DNA from: Octopus sinensis
Taxonomy: Eukaryota
Assembly (NCBI RefSeq): GCF_006345805.1
Contig: NC_043000.1
Location: forward strand, 49,538,001-49,602,000
Reading direction: 5' to 3'
DNA length: 64,000 bases
In this document: one piece after another, positions 13,860-26,338 of the stretch
Layout: every line of letters begins with the position of its first letter
Position numbering within the stretch: position 1 is the first letter of the stretch
Made by a program: the position numbers and the translations under genes
The notes under the pieces: model-generated
What the model saw: only the letters and a program-made list of their open reading frames with translations
What the model was told of the DNA's origin: nothing
The model's database searches: none

Positions 13860-14138
13860 GCCACACCTGGCTCATAAGGGCTAGTTTCCTTGGTGTATAG
13901 CTTTCCCACCTGGATGGGACACCGGTCCGTTGCAGGTGAGCTGCATGATGCAGGAGGAAAGAGTGAGAGAAAGTTGTGGTGAAAGAGTAAGCAGAAGTTC
14001 GCCATTACCTTCTGCCGGAGCTGCATGGAGCTTAGGTGTTTCGCACATAAACACACACATCGCCTGGTCTGAGATTCGAATCCACAATCCCTCAATCGCG
14101 AGTCTGCTGCTCTAACAACTAGGCCATGTGCCTCCACA
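13860..14138 (-). mobile_element. tRNA-derived SINE
   Basis: Minus-strand head ggaggcacatggcctagttgttag...gattcgaatc with A/B-box-like motifs; body related to 36130-36365. Confidence 0.75.
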
Positions 14139-15044
14139 ATTCAAGTTCCATGAACAACCAGGAGTAATTAATTGTGTGATCACAGTACCGCAACTGATTG
14201 TGAAAGCTGTAATGGTTAAAGGAGGATTTATGTTATTGCAGTTAAATGATGACGATGATGATGATGAAGAAGAAGAGGAGGATAACGATATGATGATGAT
14301 GAGTTGTTTGTAGAAATGTGAAGAGCAAGATATATATATATGAAAATGTTGGTCAAAAGCGGAGAGTCTCATAAAAATGAGGTAAAAGAGAAAAAGAAAA
14401 TTTAAAAAAAAACCATTTGACATCACTTGTTATTCTTAATGGTAGCTACTTACAGAAAAATATTTGAACAGCTGAAATACTGTTTGTAAAATATATAAAT
14501 GCATCAATTTCATTATCTTCAACCACCATCACCATTACCACCTCATTCATCCCCATTATAACCATCGACGCCATTACCATACTCTCTAAACTCATATGTG
14601 ATCTGCTGTTTTAGTGGTTTCACTTACTTGCCCTGTCTCAAAATCAATTAACATGCCTATAAATCATACACTATATATTTCTAAAAGAGTGTGGGAGAAA
14701 TAGATAGATAAATACATTACGTTGCAACAACATGTTTCTATGTGTATTTTATGATGTTGAACATTAGAAGTGATATAAGTAAAACGCATCTATACATCAT
14801 GGGTATGAAAATAAAACGAACCAAGAGAAATAGCTCAAATGAGCTAATGACAGGAATGTGGATTATTTAATTAATAGGCTGTGTACTGAATGCAAAAAAT
14901 TTCAATTAATATTAATTAATTGAAATTTCCTTTTTTATTCTATAAGAAGCAGCGATTGTTTGTGACTATGAAAGAAAAGAGGAGATAAAAATATATTGCA
15001 TTAATAATTCTATATATGTATATATACATATATCTTTTCTACTC

Positions 15045-15172
15045 TAGGCATAAGGCCCGAAATTTGAGTGGGGGTGGGGGCAGTCGATTAGATCGACCCC
15101 AGTATGCAACTGGTACTTAATTTATTGACTCCAAAAGGATGAAAGGCAAAGTCAACCTCGGCAGAATTTGAA
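15045..15172 (-). mobile_element. SINE 3' part (family of 44706-45105)
   Basis: tctaggcataaggcccgaaattt...gtcgattagatcgaccccagt...ggatgaaaggcaaagtc is present in many copies across the window. Confidence 0.85.
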
Positions 15173-15181
15173 TATATATAC

Positions 15182-15530
15182 ATACTAGCAGTATCACCCA
15201 GCGTTGCTCGGGTTTGTAAGGGAAATAACTATATAAGCATTTTTAGAGAGCCAAAAAATAGCAAAAAAATGCATTAAAAATAGACATTTTTAGAGAGTTA
15301 CTTCCCTTATATAATAGCGAAAAAATTCATTAAAATGGAAAAAAATGATGGTAATTTTTTTTTTAAATCGTAGACTCATCGTAGACGCGCGCTAATACCC
15401 AGAAGGGCTCGATATGAAGCACGACTATAAGATACCCGAATTTGGTTAAACTGCACCGCAAAATGTGGGAGTAGTTAGGAATCTAAATCGTAGGAGACAG
15501 ACACACAACTTGACTTTTATATATAAAGAT
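15182..15530 (+). mobile_element. Non-autonomous Helitron/Helentron-like (HINE/DINE-1-type) element
   Basis: Starts atactagcagtatcacccagcgttgctcgggt with a subterminal hairpin and ends cttttatatataaagat; CpG-rich relative to its flanks. Confidence 0.65.
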
Positions 15531-16303
15531 ATCTTCGTCACCACCATTTAACATCCATTATCCATGTTGGCATTGGTTGGGCAGTTTGACAGGAGCTGAT
15601 AGGCCGAAGGAATGTACCAAGCTTTGTCTGCTTTGGTTTAGTTTCTGCAGCTGGATGTCCTTCTGTTTTCAACCAATGTAGAGTGTGCTGGGAGCTTTGT
15701 ATATGACACCAGCACCAGTGAGGTTACCAAGTAACTGGCAAGAAAAACACCCTCGAATAAGAGGGGAAGTAGCAGTGACAAAAGTGGTATGTACCGTGTG
15801 ATGAGCATGGCCATTGCTGTGTGGTAAGAAGTTTGCTTCCTAACTACATGGTTCTGGGTTCAGTACCACTGTATGTCACCTTGTGCAAGTGTCTTCTACT
15901 GTAACCTCAGGCCAACCAAATCCTTGCGAATAGATTTGGTAGATAGAAACTGAAAAAAGCTCATTGTGTATGTGTATGTGTGTATGTATACATAATGGTC
16001 TCTCTTGTCATTAGACGATGTATGAGGATTTGTCAGTTTCTTGCCGAACAACCACACATATGATTTGTTTATAGTGATCAAATATTTGTGCTCACATAAG
16101 CTCACTCACTCCATCAAATCAACATTACCTGTACAGGTGCACTATATGCCACAATCAGATGATTAAAAGTGATTGCAGAGCAACATGAAATGAAGTGTTT
16201 TGCTCAAGAACAACAAATCAGTGCTCAGTCTAGAAATTGAAACCACGACTTCATAATTGTGAGTGCAACACCCTAACCACTAAGCTATGCACCTTCACAT
16301 GTA

Positions 16304-16353
<50 letters not shown>

Positions 16354-16836
16354 TATATATATAAAGGTGTTTGTATGATTGTGTATAGAGGAATATATAA
16401 TTCAAAGGAATTCCAACTCTGTTTTTTATGTTTTATTTATATTCTTATAATATTAATGTAGGATATAGTATAAATAGTATATATAGTAAAATGAAATGAA
16501 GTATCGATTGTCTTATTGAATAGATGAAATATTGAATACCAAATATTAAAGGACAAGTATACTTTCTTGCATTTAAGCAGTCTTCAAGGTCCCAGGTTGT
16601 AACAGGAAGATATGTGTATATACATATACATATCTTCTGTGGTTTGGAAATATTTTGACTTCTATTTTTAGTGAAGCAGGTGCTTATGTAATAGCCTAGT
16701 ATATATAAATATATTTATATATTTTATATATAATTTATTAATTTGCCTATACGGCTGTATGCTTACGGCTACTAACGATATCATTTTTAGAAATAGTATC
16801 ATTCTTATATTTATTTATATAGATATGTTTGTGTGC

Positions 16837-16867
<31 letters not shown>

Positions 16868-17447
16868 CATGTATTTATGTGTGTCTTTATGTCTGTATTG
16901 TCCCCATCAGTACTTGACAACCTGTGTTTACATCCCTGCAACTTAGTAGTTCAACAAAAGAGTCTAATAGAATAAGTACTAGGCATTAAAAAAATAAGTC
17001 CTAGGGTCAATTTTTTTTACTTAGAAACCCTTCAAAGTTGTGCCTCAGTATGGCTACATCAAATGACTGAAACAAGTAAAAGATACGTATATTGAAACAA
17101 AGACTATAATTTATGGTATTCTTTTGAATTCAGTAGTTGCAGTTGTTCCAATACAATCCATATTTTATGACTAATATACTTGACCAGGAAGGTGGTGAGC
17201 TTGCTTAGTGGAATTTCGTCTATCTTTACATTTGAGTTCAAATTCCATCAATGCCGACTTTGCCCTTCATCTTATTGTGGGGGTCAATAAATTAAGTAAC
17301 AGTTGCGTACTGGGGTCGATCTAATCGACTCGCCCCCTCCCCCCAAATTTCAGGCCTTGTGCCTTGAGTAGAAAAGAATATACTTGACCAGGAATTTGAA
17401 CTTGTATGGATAGTTTTATTCTTAAAGAAAGACCATCTACATATATA

Positions 17448-17618
17448 GGCGCAGGAGTGGCTGTGTGGTAAGTAGCTTGCTAACCAACCACATGGTTCCA
17501 GGTTCAGTCCCACTGAGTGGCATCTTGGGGAAGTGTCTTCTGCTATAGCCCCGGGCCGACCAATGCCTTGTGAGTGGATTTGGTAGACAGAAACTGAAAG
17601 AAGCCTGTTGTATATATG

Positions 17619-17649
<31 letters not shown>

Positions 17650-17850
17650 CTGTGTTTGTCCCCCTAGCATTGCTTGACAACCGATGCTGGTGTGTTTACG
17701 TCCCCGTCACTTAGCGGTTCGGCAAAAGAGACCGATTGAATAAGTACTGGGCTTACAAAGAATAAGTCCTGGGGTCGACTTGCTCGACTAAAGGCGGTGC
17801 TCCAGCATGGCCGCAGTCAAATGACTGAAACAAGTAAAAGAAAAAGAGTA
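17448..17850 (+). mobile_element. Near full-length tRNA-derived SINE with internal (TG)n
   Basis: Head ggcgcaggagtggctgtgtggtaag...ggttcagtcc; 3' part gcggttcggcaaaagagaccg...gtcaaatgactgaaacaagtaaaag. Relatives lie at 4875(-), 15810, 16860, 28210(-), 38075(-), 59390 and 63450. Confidence 0.85.
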
Positions 17851-20800
17851 TACAATTGATAGCCAAGATTTTGTAGAAATGCTTCCTGAGGACACAGATC
17901 AGATTTTAATCCCTTTTATTATACTATACATACATGTATATATGAATGTATGTATGTTTGTATATATGTGTGTGTATGTGTGTGTGGGGGTAAGGTGCTT
18001 GGAAAAATAGATTTTAATACATGAAGATAAGGTGTCAAGCTGACAAAATCATTAGCATGTCAGACAAAATAATTTATTGGCCTTCCATCCATTTTCACAT
18101 TCTGCCAAGGTCTTCTTTGCCTTTCATCCTTTCAGGGCCAACAAGTCAAGTACCATTTAAGAACTGGAGTCGATGTAATCAAATTATACCCTCCCCTCAA
18201 ATTACTAGTCTTGTGCCAAAATTTGAAACCAGTATATGAAGAAAATAACAACTGTTCCTATTTCAATTTCTAGTAATTTTGTTCTTTTTTCCTTCAAGAC
18301 ATAATGCAACCAGAACTATATTCTATCCAATATGACCTTCCCTTTTGAAAGTAGTAGGTGTGATTTGAATAAAATTTAGTTGCTATAGTCTTGTAGTTTG
18401 AGTAACTACATAAAAGCTTCCTTCTTGGCATCTATTAATATGCAGGTAGTAGAAGGTTTGTGGATGGCATAAATAATAATATTGAATTAAACACCTCACT
18501 GTGTTCATTTAACCCCATACAACGTTTGTTAATAGTTTTTGATGCATCAAATACTGTGCTCTAATAGGAAGAAAACAGGAAAATTGAAATAATAGACAAA
18601 CTCTAAGTATTCTTTCTATTTAAGCAGCATTGTTGGATGCAAGCAATCATAATATTTGAAGGTTGTTGCAGAATTATTTCACACCATTTTGTGGTGCACA
18701 AGTTGATATCATATACAAGGCAAACACAGAATGTAAACATTCAAAATATCTTCCCTGTCTTTCTAAATTCTGCTGCATTTCACATGGAAATTTTGGTCCT
18801 CCAAAGTCGAAGTTTAAGTCTGACCTTTTTTTATTTTCCTTTTAGCTGTAAATTTTGGTCGGATGAACTTGACTTGTAAGCCAGAAAATATGGTATATCC
18901 ACATTCCATGCTGGCATGGGTTGAATGGATACTCATAGCCTGAGTCAGTTCTTAAGAATTATAGCAACATATAATTTCCATGACTATACAACAGGTGGAC
19001 ATTTACAGCTGAGACCAGAGTAACCAGTGTAGTTCAAAGATCTTTTTTGAATTTCATTTTTGTTTAATTTAGGATACATCAACTATTTTCAGTATATATA
19101 AAGCAATCATAGCAAACCTGGCTAAAACTCCCAATAACTCAAAATAATTATGGTCCAAGAAGATGGTATGATCACAGTTGAAATACATTTGATCATAAGT
19201 ATGTGATCAGTGCTAAACTGAAACTAAACAACAACAACTTCAAACATTAAAAGGATTCTATAGAGTAAGATAAGTTCTGTAAAGAAAAATAAGTAGTTAA
19301 TATACTTTCAAGAATGTTTTCTCGAAAATAATAATTGCAATAGTTTCCTCTTTTTATTTTGAAGTTTATGAAATTACTTTTAATCATTAATCAAAATTGG
19401 TATTTTAAAAATATAAATATATGAATTATCAAGCAAATACATTAAGAACTAATTCAATTATTATATAAGCTATTTACTGGAAAATGAAAATATTTTGGTG
19501 ATTTGTTTGTGTAATTGTGAATACTGAATTAATAACTTTGGTAAATGCAAGATTTGTTCCAGCTCTTTGCATTCTGAATTCAAATCTCATGGGTCAAGAT
19601 TTACTTTCGTCCTCTGGGGGTTGATAAAATAAAATATCAAGTACAAGGGTAGATTTATTTAAACTCCTTTCCCTAAATTTCAGGCAATATGCCTATGAAA
19701 TTCAAAATTCATCTTTCTGTGGCGAAAAAAGGAAAAATATCAATCAATTACAGGGGTAGATATATACAACTGTTATCCTCCTACCAAATTCTTGTGTTTG
19801 TAATTATATCAGAAACAATTATACAAATGGTAAACTGGTTGAGTAAGTATTGTATTGAACAAATTGCCTTACAATATCACCATATTTTAACATTTTCAGC
19901 TCAAATCTCAGAAAGGTCAGCTTGGTCTTCTATTTTTCAGGGTCAATATATTAAAGTACGAGTGAAGGCAGCAAACTCACAGAATCATTAACATACTGGA
20001 CAAAATGTTTAACTACATTTATTCTGGCTTTATGTTCTATGTTCAACTTTAGCTTCCATTTTTTTGCTGTTCATAAAATAAGTACCATTTGAGCAATGGG
20101 GTCAATGGAATTGACTGGCTACTCAGTGAAATTTCATGCTTTCTGCCTGTAAGAGAAAGAATAATAAAATACTAGTAAAGTACCAAGTTTACTTTAATTA
20201 ACTAATTCGTCCTTTAAAACGCCTCACTTTGTGCCTATTGGGAACAATTTATTAGGGGAAATGGATTGGTAGAATGAGTAGAGCATCATGAAAAATACTT
20301 AGTGCTGTTTGGGGCTGCATTTCATGTTCTGAGTTCGAATCCAGCCAAAATCAACTTCATATTTCAGCTTTTCAGAGTTGATAAAATAAGTACCACTGAA
20401 GTACTGACATCAGTTGGATTGACTAACACCTTCTCCAAAATTTTAGGCTTTCTGCTAGAAACAATAATTATCATTACTAGAAGAAGCAGTCCTCTGAACA
20501 TTTTTCTCTTATTTCATATATAAATATATAATCATCATCATCATTGTTTAAAGTCTGTTTTCCATTCTGGCATGGGTTTGATGGTTTGACTGGGGACTGG
20601 CAAGCCAGGAGGCTGCACCAGGCTCCAATCTAATCTGGCAATGTTTCTACAGCTGGCTTCCCTCCCTAACACCAACCACTCCAAGAGTGTAGTGGGTGCT
20701 TTTTACATCTCACTGGCACAGGAGCCAGTCAGGTGGCACTGGAATTGGCCATGTTCAGATGGTGCTTTGTACATACTATCAGCACAGGAGCCAGTCGGTA

Positions 20801-21136
20801 TGGTGGTGGTGGGGGGGGGGGGGTGGCATTGACCACATTCGGATGGTGCTTTTTACACGCCACCAGCAACGGGGATCCAGTTAGGCAGTACTGGCAATGA
20901 CCCACACATGAATGGTGCTTATTGTGTGCCACCAGCATGGGAGCCAGTCAGATGGTACTGGCATTAGCCACAACTACAATTTACATTTTTGATCTCGATT
21001 TGATTGAGATTCTGATTGTGATTTTGATTTTGATTTTTGATTTTACTTGATTCAATATGTCTCCTCAAACACTGCTTGTTGCCCGACAATTCAAAAGTAC
21101 TTTTTAAATGGGCTGATTACGCAACACTGGTATAAG

Positions 21137-21250
21137 CTACAGGTGTGATCTTACTTGGCAGGTCTTCTCAGTCACAGCATATCTCCAGAGATCTTGGTCT
21201 CTTGTCATCGCCTCTGTGAGGCCCAAAGTTCGAAAGTCATGCTTCACCAC

Positions 21251-21255
<5 letters not shown>
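21137..21255 (-). mobile_element. RTE-type LINE 3' end fragment
   Basis: Reads EVVKHDFRTLGLTEAMTRDQDLWRYAVTEKT, matching the RTE C-terminal pattern VxxDLxxxGL.....DRxxWR. Confidence 0.7.
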
Positions 21256-21295
<40 letters not shown>

Positions 21296-21327
21296 ATGTT
21301 TGTATGCATATATATATATATATATAT

Positions 21328-21499
21328 TTACTACAAAAATAAGTCTCCACAAACAACAGTATTTGTAACTCATATATGGTAAAAGAAGAAAGGAAACAAC
21401 AAAACCACAGTCGACGGTGTGGTTTCGTTGTTTCCTTTCTTCTTTTACCATATATGAGTTACAAATACTGTTGTTTGTGGAGACTTATTTTTGTTGTAA
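21328..21499. repeat. Near-perfect 82-bp-arm palindrome with an 8-nt loop
   Basis: 21328-21409 is the reverse complement of 21418-21499 with about 2 mismatches. Confidence 0.95.
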
Positions 21500-22972
21500 T
21501 AGTAGCCCTTTGACTGCTATTTCTAATATTTTCAGTATGGGGTTTAAGCAACTTGTTGCAAAAAACCCTTTATTATAATTATATAAATTTTTACTGAATA
21601 TGGTCCTTTCCATACTGAAATACTACTAGGTGAAATTTATTGATTTTATTAAATTAATTATATTTCACCCTTTATCTGTATTATATATATATATATATAT
21701 ATATAATTTCCTCTCTTTGTGCTTATAGTACCAGATTGTTTGGTGTGTTCTTTCTTAATCTAAGTCAGTAAGTTGGGGACAGGTGTTATTTAGCTGCCAT
21801 TTCTAGCAAGTTTATTAACTACATGGAGGCATTATCCTGTTGATTTGGAATAAACTTAGCTTCAGATCAGGTCTGATCGAACTTATCTGTGATGAAAGGC
21901 ATTGCAGGTGTGACCATCCTGTTGTTCTTGTATATCAGAAACTACATTGTTTAGTATCTTTATTTAAGACAGTATGCCGTGATTTGGAAAAATATTTAGC
22001 TACAGCTCTAGTAGACCAAGCAAGTATGTAAAAGTTATCTTGCTGAAAACTGGGACCCACTAGTATACCTTGACATCACCTTAATCGTTTACTTCCCTTC
22101 TCTCTCCCTCTCTTCCTGAATTTTCCCTTTCTCTATTTCCTTACTTTTCCCCCTCTCTTTATTTTTTCTCTCTTTTTCTCCCTGTTCCCTTTCTTTACAG
22201 AGATGGTTGATGAAAGAAGTGGTGTGAGGTAGAAATTACATAAGGAGGGCGTGATAGATGATGTGAGGAAGGGCTGATACAGTTTCAGTTACATATATAA
22301 ACACATGTCATTATAAAAATTATTATAGCTGCTATTATTGTTGTTCTTGCTGCTGCTGCTGCTGCTGCTGCTGAAACTACTGTTATAATTCTTGTTATTG
22401 ATATCATTATCATCATCATCGTCGTATCATCCTTCTCCCTCTCATCATCTTTATCATCATCATATGAATGGCTCTGCTTTCTGTGAGCAACACTTAACTA
22501 AAATCATTAAATAAAATGACATTCTAAATACTCTAGAATCTTATTTTGTACAAAGAGAAATAGAAAATTGAAAGCCTGTAGTTTGAATTGGAATATTGAT
22601 TCTAAGAAAGGGGTTCAGGGTGTCTTGATAGATTTATCAAATAAAATTTGAAAGAATGCAGGCAAATAAATCTTTAAAAGTTTTTCTCAAATCATTCTTG
22701 ATTATACTTTTGCAACCTGTTTATTGAAATATCCTTATAAGGCTATAAAAATCACATTAAAAAGAAAATTTTAAAAGATAATATAATTGATTCAGATAGC
22801 AATTTCAAATATAAAATACTTGTATCTATAATTTAAATTTGTAACTAAATGCTGAGAGGTTTTTAGTTTAAAAGTTAGAGGGACTTCATTTTCATGAAAT
22901 TCCATAAAAGAAAAATTATAGTCAGGTTATACTTTTGTTGCTTATTATCATACTTATACAATATTTAGCTAT

Positions 22973-23034
<62 letters not shown>

Positions 23035-23728
23035 TCCATTTCTAAACAGAATAGAGTAATTCAATAAATTCTGTTGAAAAAAAAAAAAATTTTTAAACAG
23101 ATACATGTCTGCAGCAGTTTTAAATTGCAGAATATTAAAAGTTGTTCACAATATACATTTTCTTCTGTTCTTGTCCTATTACATTGCAGAAGTTATAAGA
23201 GAAAGAATAAATTTATAACTGTTAAGCAAATAGGAATAATTGTTTATTTTCTTTGCTTGTTGCTACTAAATATTGTAGGAAAATATTTCTCCCAAAAGTA
23301 ATTTGAAATATATTTTGTAATTGCAGGATCATTGTTTAGAAACAATTGTTTTGTATGCGTAGTTCATAACAATGTCATGAGAACCATTCTTATAGTCATA
23401 TACCAAAGAATATTTACCATGGTTGTCCTTTCAGTGTAGTCAAGTATCTTTCTCTAATTGGTCATGCAACAGTAATATTTATTTATAATATAGGCACAAG
23501 ACTGCACACATCTTTAGAAGGTAAGTCAATTAAATTAAGTCAAGTACTTTATAGTTACTGTATTCAATCAACCCCAGTAGGATGAAAAGCAAAGTTGACC
23601 TCAACCACATTTGAACACAGAACATAAAGAGTTGTAATTGAATTAAATATGACAAGATTTTTTTCTTCTTTCACTTGAGGTAGCTGACAATTCTTTCTTT
23701 CGATGTTTCCATCATATTCTGAGATAGA

Positions 23729-24010
23729 ATAAATATTCTAATGATGACTTGCATATTTATTATTTATATATTCAGGTAGATTTAAATGCAAATATGCTGA
23801 TCACTGTTGTGTATGTCACAGGAGGACAATTTCTCCCTTTACAATGACAATGTGTTCGTAACACACAATAAATATTCGAATGGTGACATGCATATTTATA
23901 CTTAATACATTCTGGCAGATTTGAAAGCAGACATGCTGATAGCTGTTGTCTATGTCATAGGAACAGGAGGACAATTTTCCCCTGTATAACAACAATATGT
24001 TTTTAATGCA
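23729..24010. repeat. Diverged ~140-bp tandem duplication
   Basis: aataaatattc.aatg.tgac.tgcatatttat...gattt.aa.gca.a.atgctgat..ctgttgt.tatgtca...ggaggacaattt occurs twice. Confidence 0.8.
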
Positions 24011-24020
24011 GTCAACTGAT

Positions 24021-24083
24021 TGGTGTAAGGGATTCTCACACATTAGAATTTCAATATCGTGTCTCATCAGCCAAAAGCACTCC
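24021..24083 (-). ncRNA. Possible decayed type I hammerhead ribozyme
   Basis: Minus strand GG CUGAUGA GAC ACGAU AUU GAAA UUCU AAUGUGUG AGAA UC|CC: core intact, 5-bp stem III, AUC triplet, damaged stem II. Confidence 0.4.
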
Positions 24084-24208
24084 TGGACCTTTGAGTTTAA
24101 ACAAGAGCTGGGAGTATTCTTTTATAAGTTCAGCAAAGACAAGACACACAAGCCGTTGTAAAAAGAGAACTACTTCTCTTGTGATATACACAACAGTGGT
24201 AAACTTAT

Positions 24209-24618
24209 TTGCATTTGAATGCAGTCAACTGGACGTTATCAAAGAAGCTTGAGAGGCAGTTGGATGGAACCTACACTCGCCTCCTTATGAGAGCTCAAAA
24301 TCTCTCGTGGAAGCGCCATCCAACCAAAATGCAAATATATGGGAAACTACCACCTGTGTCATCTCTTGTGAAAGGTAGGAGAGTCCAGTTTGCTGGACAT
24401 TGTTGTAGAGCTGAAAAAGAGATAATTTCTACTCTTCTCTTCTGGAAGCCATCTACTCGCAGTACCAGAGGGCGCACACTCTCCTACCCTGATGTAATCT
24501 CCAGGGATACAGGCATCCAGCAACAGGACCTCCGTAATGCCATGATGGACCGTGAAGTCTGGCGTAGCATAGTAAATTCCATTGTCTCGACCACAGTCGA
24601 ACAATGATGATGATGATG
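24209..24618 (+). mobile_element. 5'-truncated RTE-clade LINE 3' end with (GAT)n tail
   Basis: Open frame WTLSKKLERQLDGTYTRLLMRAQNLSWKRHPT...RRVQFAGHC...DTG...AMMDREVWR, then tgatgatgatg. Confidence 0.9.
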
Positions 24619-25825
24619 CGAATAATGATTTATTATAAAATTTCTACTTTTTAAACAACCAACGGCACATAACTACAGTGAATAATATCATTTGGTATTT
24701 AACCAGGATAAGATACATTGAAATCCAAACATAGTTTTCAATGGCGTAACACTACTATTATTACTTTTTATGGGCCTTGATTTCTGACATTGGTACAAGG
24801 CCACACATAGGTGAAGAGTATAGAGTTAGTGAAGTATTAAACTGATAAATTATTAGTTTAGTTCTTTATTTTATCAACCTACTCCAGAACCACGAAAAAC
24901 AAAGCTGCCCTTGATATGATTTGAAAGAAATATGTGATAACTAAATACTGTAACATGGTTTGTCCAACACTCTAATAATGTTAATATTACAAATGGAAAA
25001 ATATTTCCAAATTAAATTTTTACATTTCTCAGTTCAACTACCTTTAGTAGACCTGTCAGCACTGAAAAACATCACTAATTACTATCAGATCACTGTAATT
25101 AATCAGCACTGGATAAAATGAGTAACTGTCTTTTTGTTTGTTTTTTTGTTTTTGTTTATTTTCAGTGAGGGTAGAAGGTCCATTTTGCAAACAAGCTATT
25201 GCTGTAAACAGGCAAACTTGGAAAAGAATTCTTTATCTAATGTTTTTAGAATATACAGTTTTTAGAATATCTTATTTGGGAAGAGTTATGATTAAAAAAG
25301 CCTTTAAATACACCCACCAGCAATTGTTTATCTATATTTCACTTCTTTTTCATTTGACTTCAATGATTTCTTCAATTACTATCTCAGTTTTGAAATAGAT
25401 AGAAACCTTGCATTATTTAATTACATAAAAAGTGATAAAATAATAATAATAAATCTTAATATAAAGGAATTGCTAGAATAACTTGTAACAAAATCCAAAG
25501 TCATGGAAGTCAACAAAGGTGAAAGAACAGATGGTAGCATAAATAGAAATAGTAATAAAATAGAAATAGACACAGATGTTTTCAAGTCCACCACACTAAA
25601 CAAATTGCAAGATCCCAGTTGTGAAGTTATAAAAAGAGACCTTCATTTCTAACAGGATCTTTTGTTGATGCTGTGTTTTGGAGGTGGGAGCAGGGTTTAA
25701 CTCTTTTTTTATACAAAGAATTTTATAGACCTGAAGCTGACCTTGGGAGTATGATAATGAAGAGACCACAAGTGACAACGAAAGGACTTCAACAAAAATA
25801 ACTGATTGATTAATTAACTGTATAG

Positions 25826-26338
25826 CACTGTGTAACATGATTTTTGTCCTTGGGTAGCAACTGTGATTTCCCATTTGCTTACCCACTAGAAACTATGATA
25901 AATGGCCAATATTTCCTTCAAACTTTGCTTTTGCTGCAATATTTATTCAAATCCCAAAGAATCCCTCTCAGCTATGATGCTTCCCCACTACTCACTTCTG
26001 TACTTGATTAGAGTTGCACATATTGTCAGCCACTAAGGGATAAGTTCAAGTGGTTAAGGTTAAGCAACCTACAAGCCAATCTGTAGTATTGAGCAGAATA
26101 TTTGCTATATCAATAATTCCGTTTCAGTAACTCAGACATGAATTTGCCTGAAATGTAATGGAAAATAGGTCAGTTTCAAAACATTGATTTCCAGGTCACA
26201 AAAGCAAATTTTGAAGGGAGAAGTAATAATTTTTTTGGGTGGGGGAGGGGGCGGATTTCTAGATAGAAGCAAATAGGAAATAACACTTACTGTACAAAGA
26301 CAAAAAAATAATTAAAATTAAAATTTTGTTACACAGTG
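25826..26338. mobile_element. Non-autonomous DNA transposon with CACTGTGTAA TIRs (CMC-like), copy 1
   Basis: Begins cactgtgtaaca and ends tgttacacagtg; colinear with 50582-51069 and homology stops at the TIRs. Confidence 0.7.
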
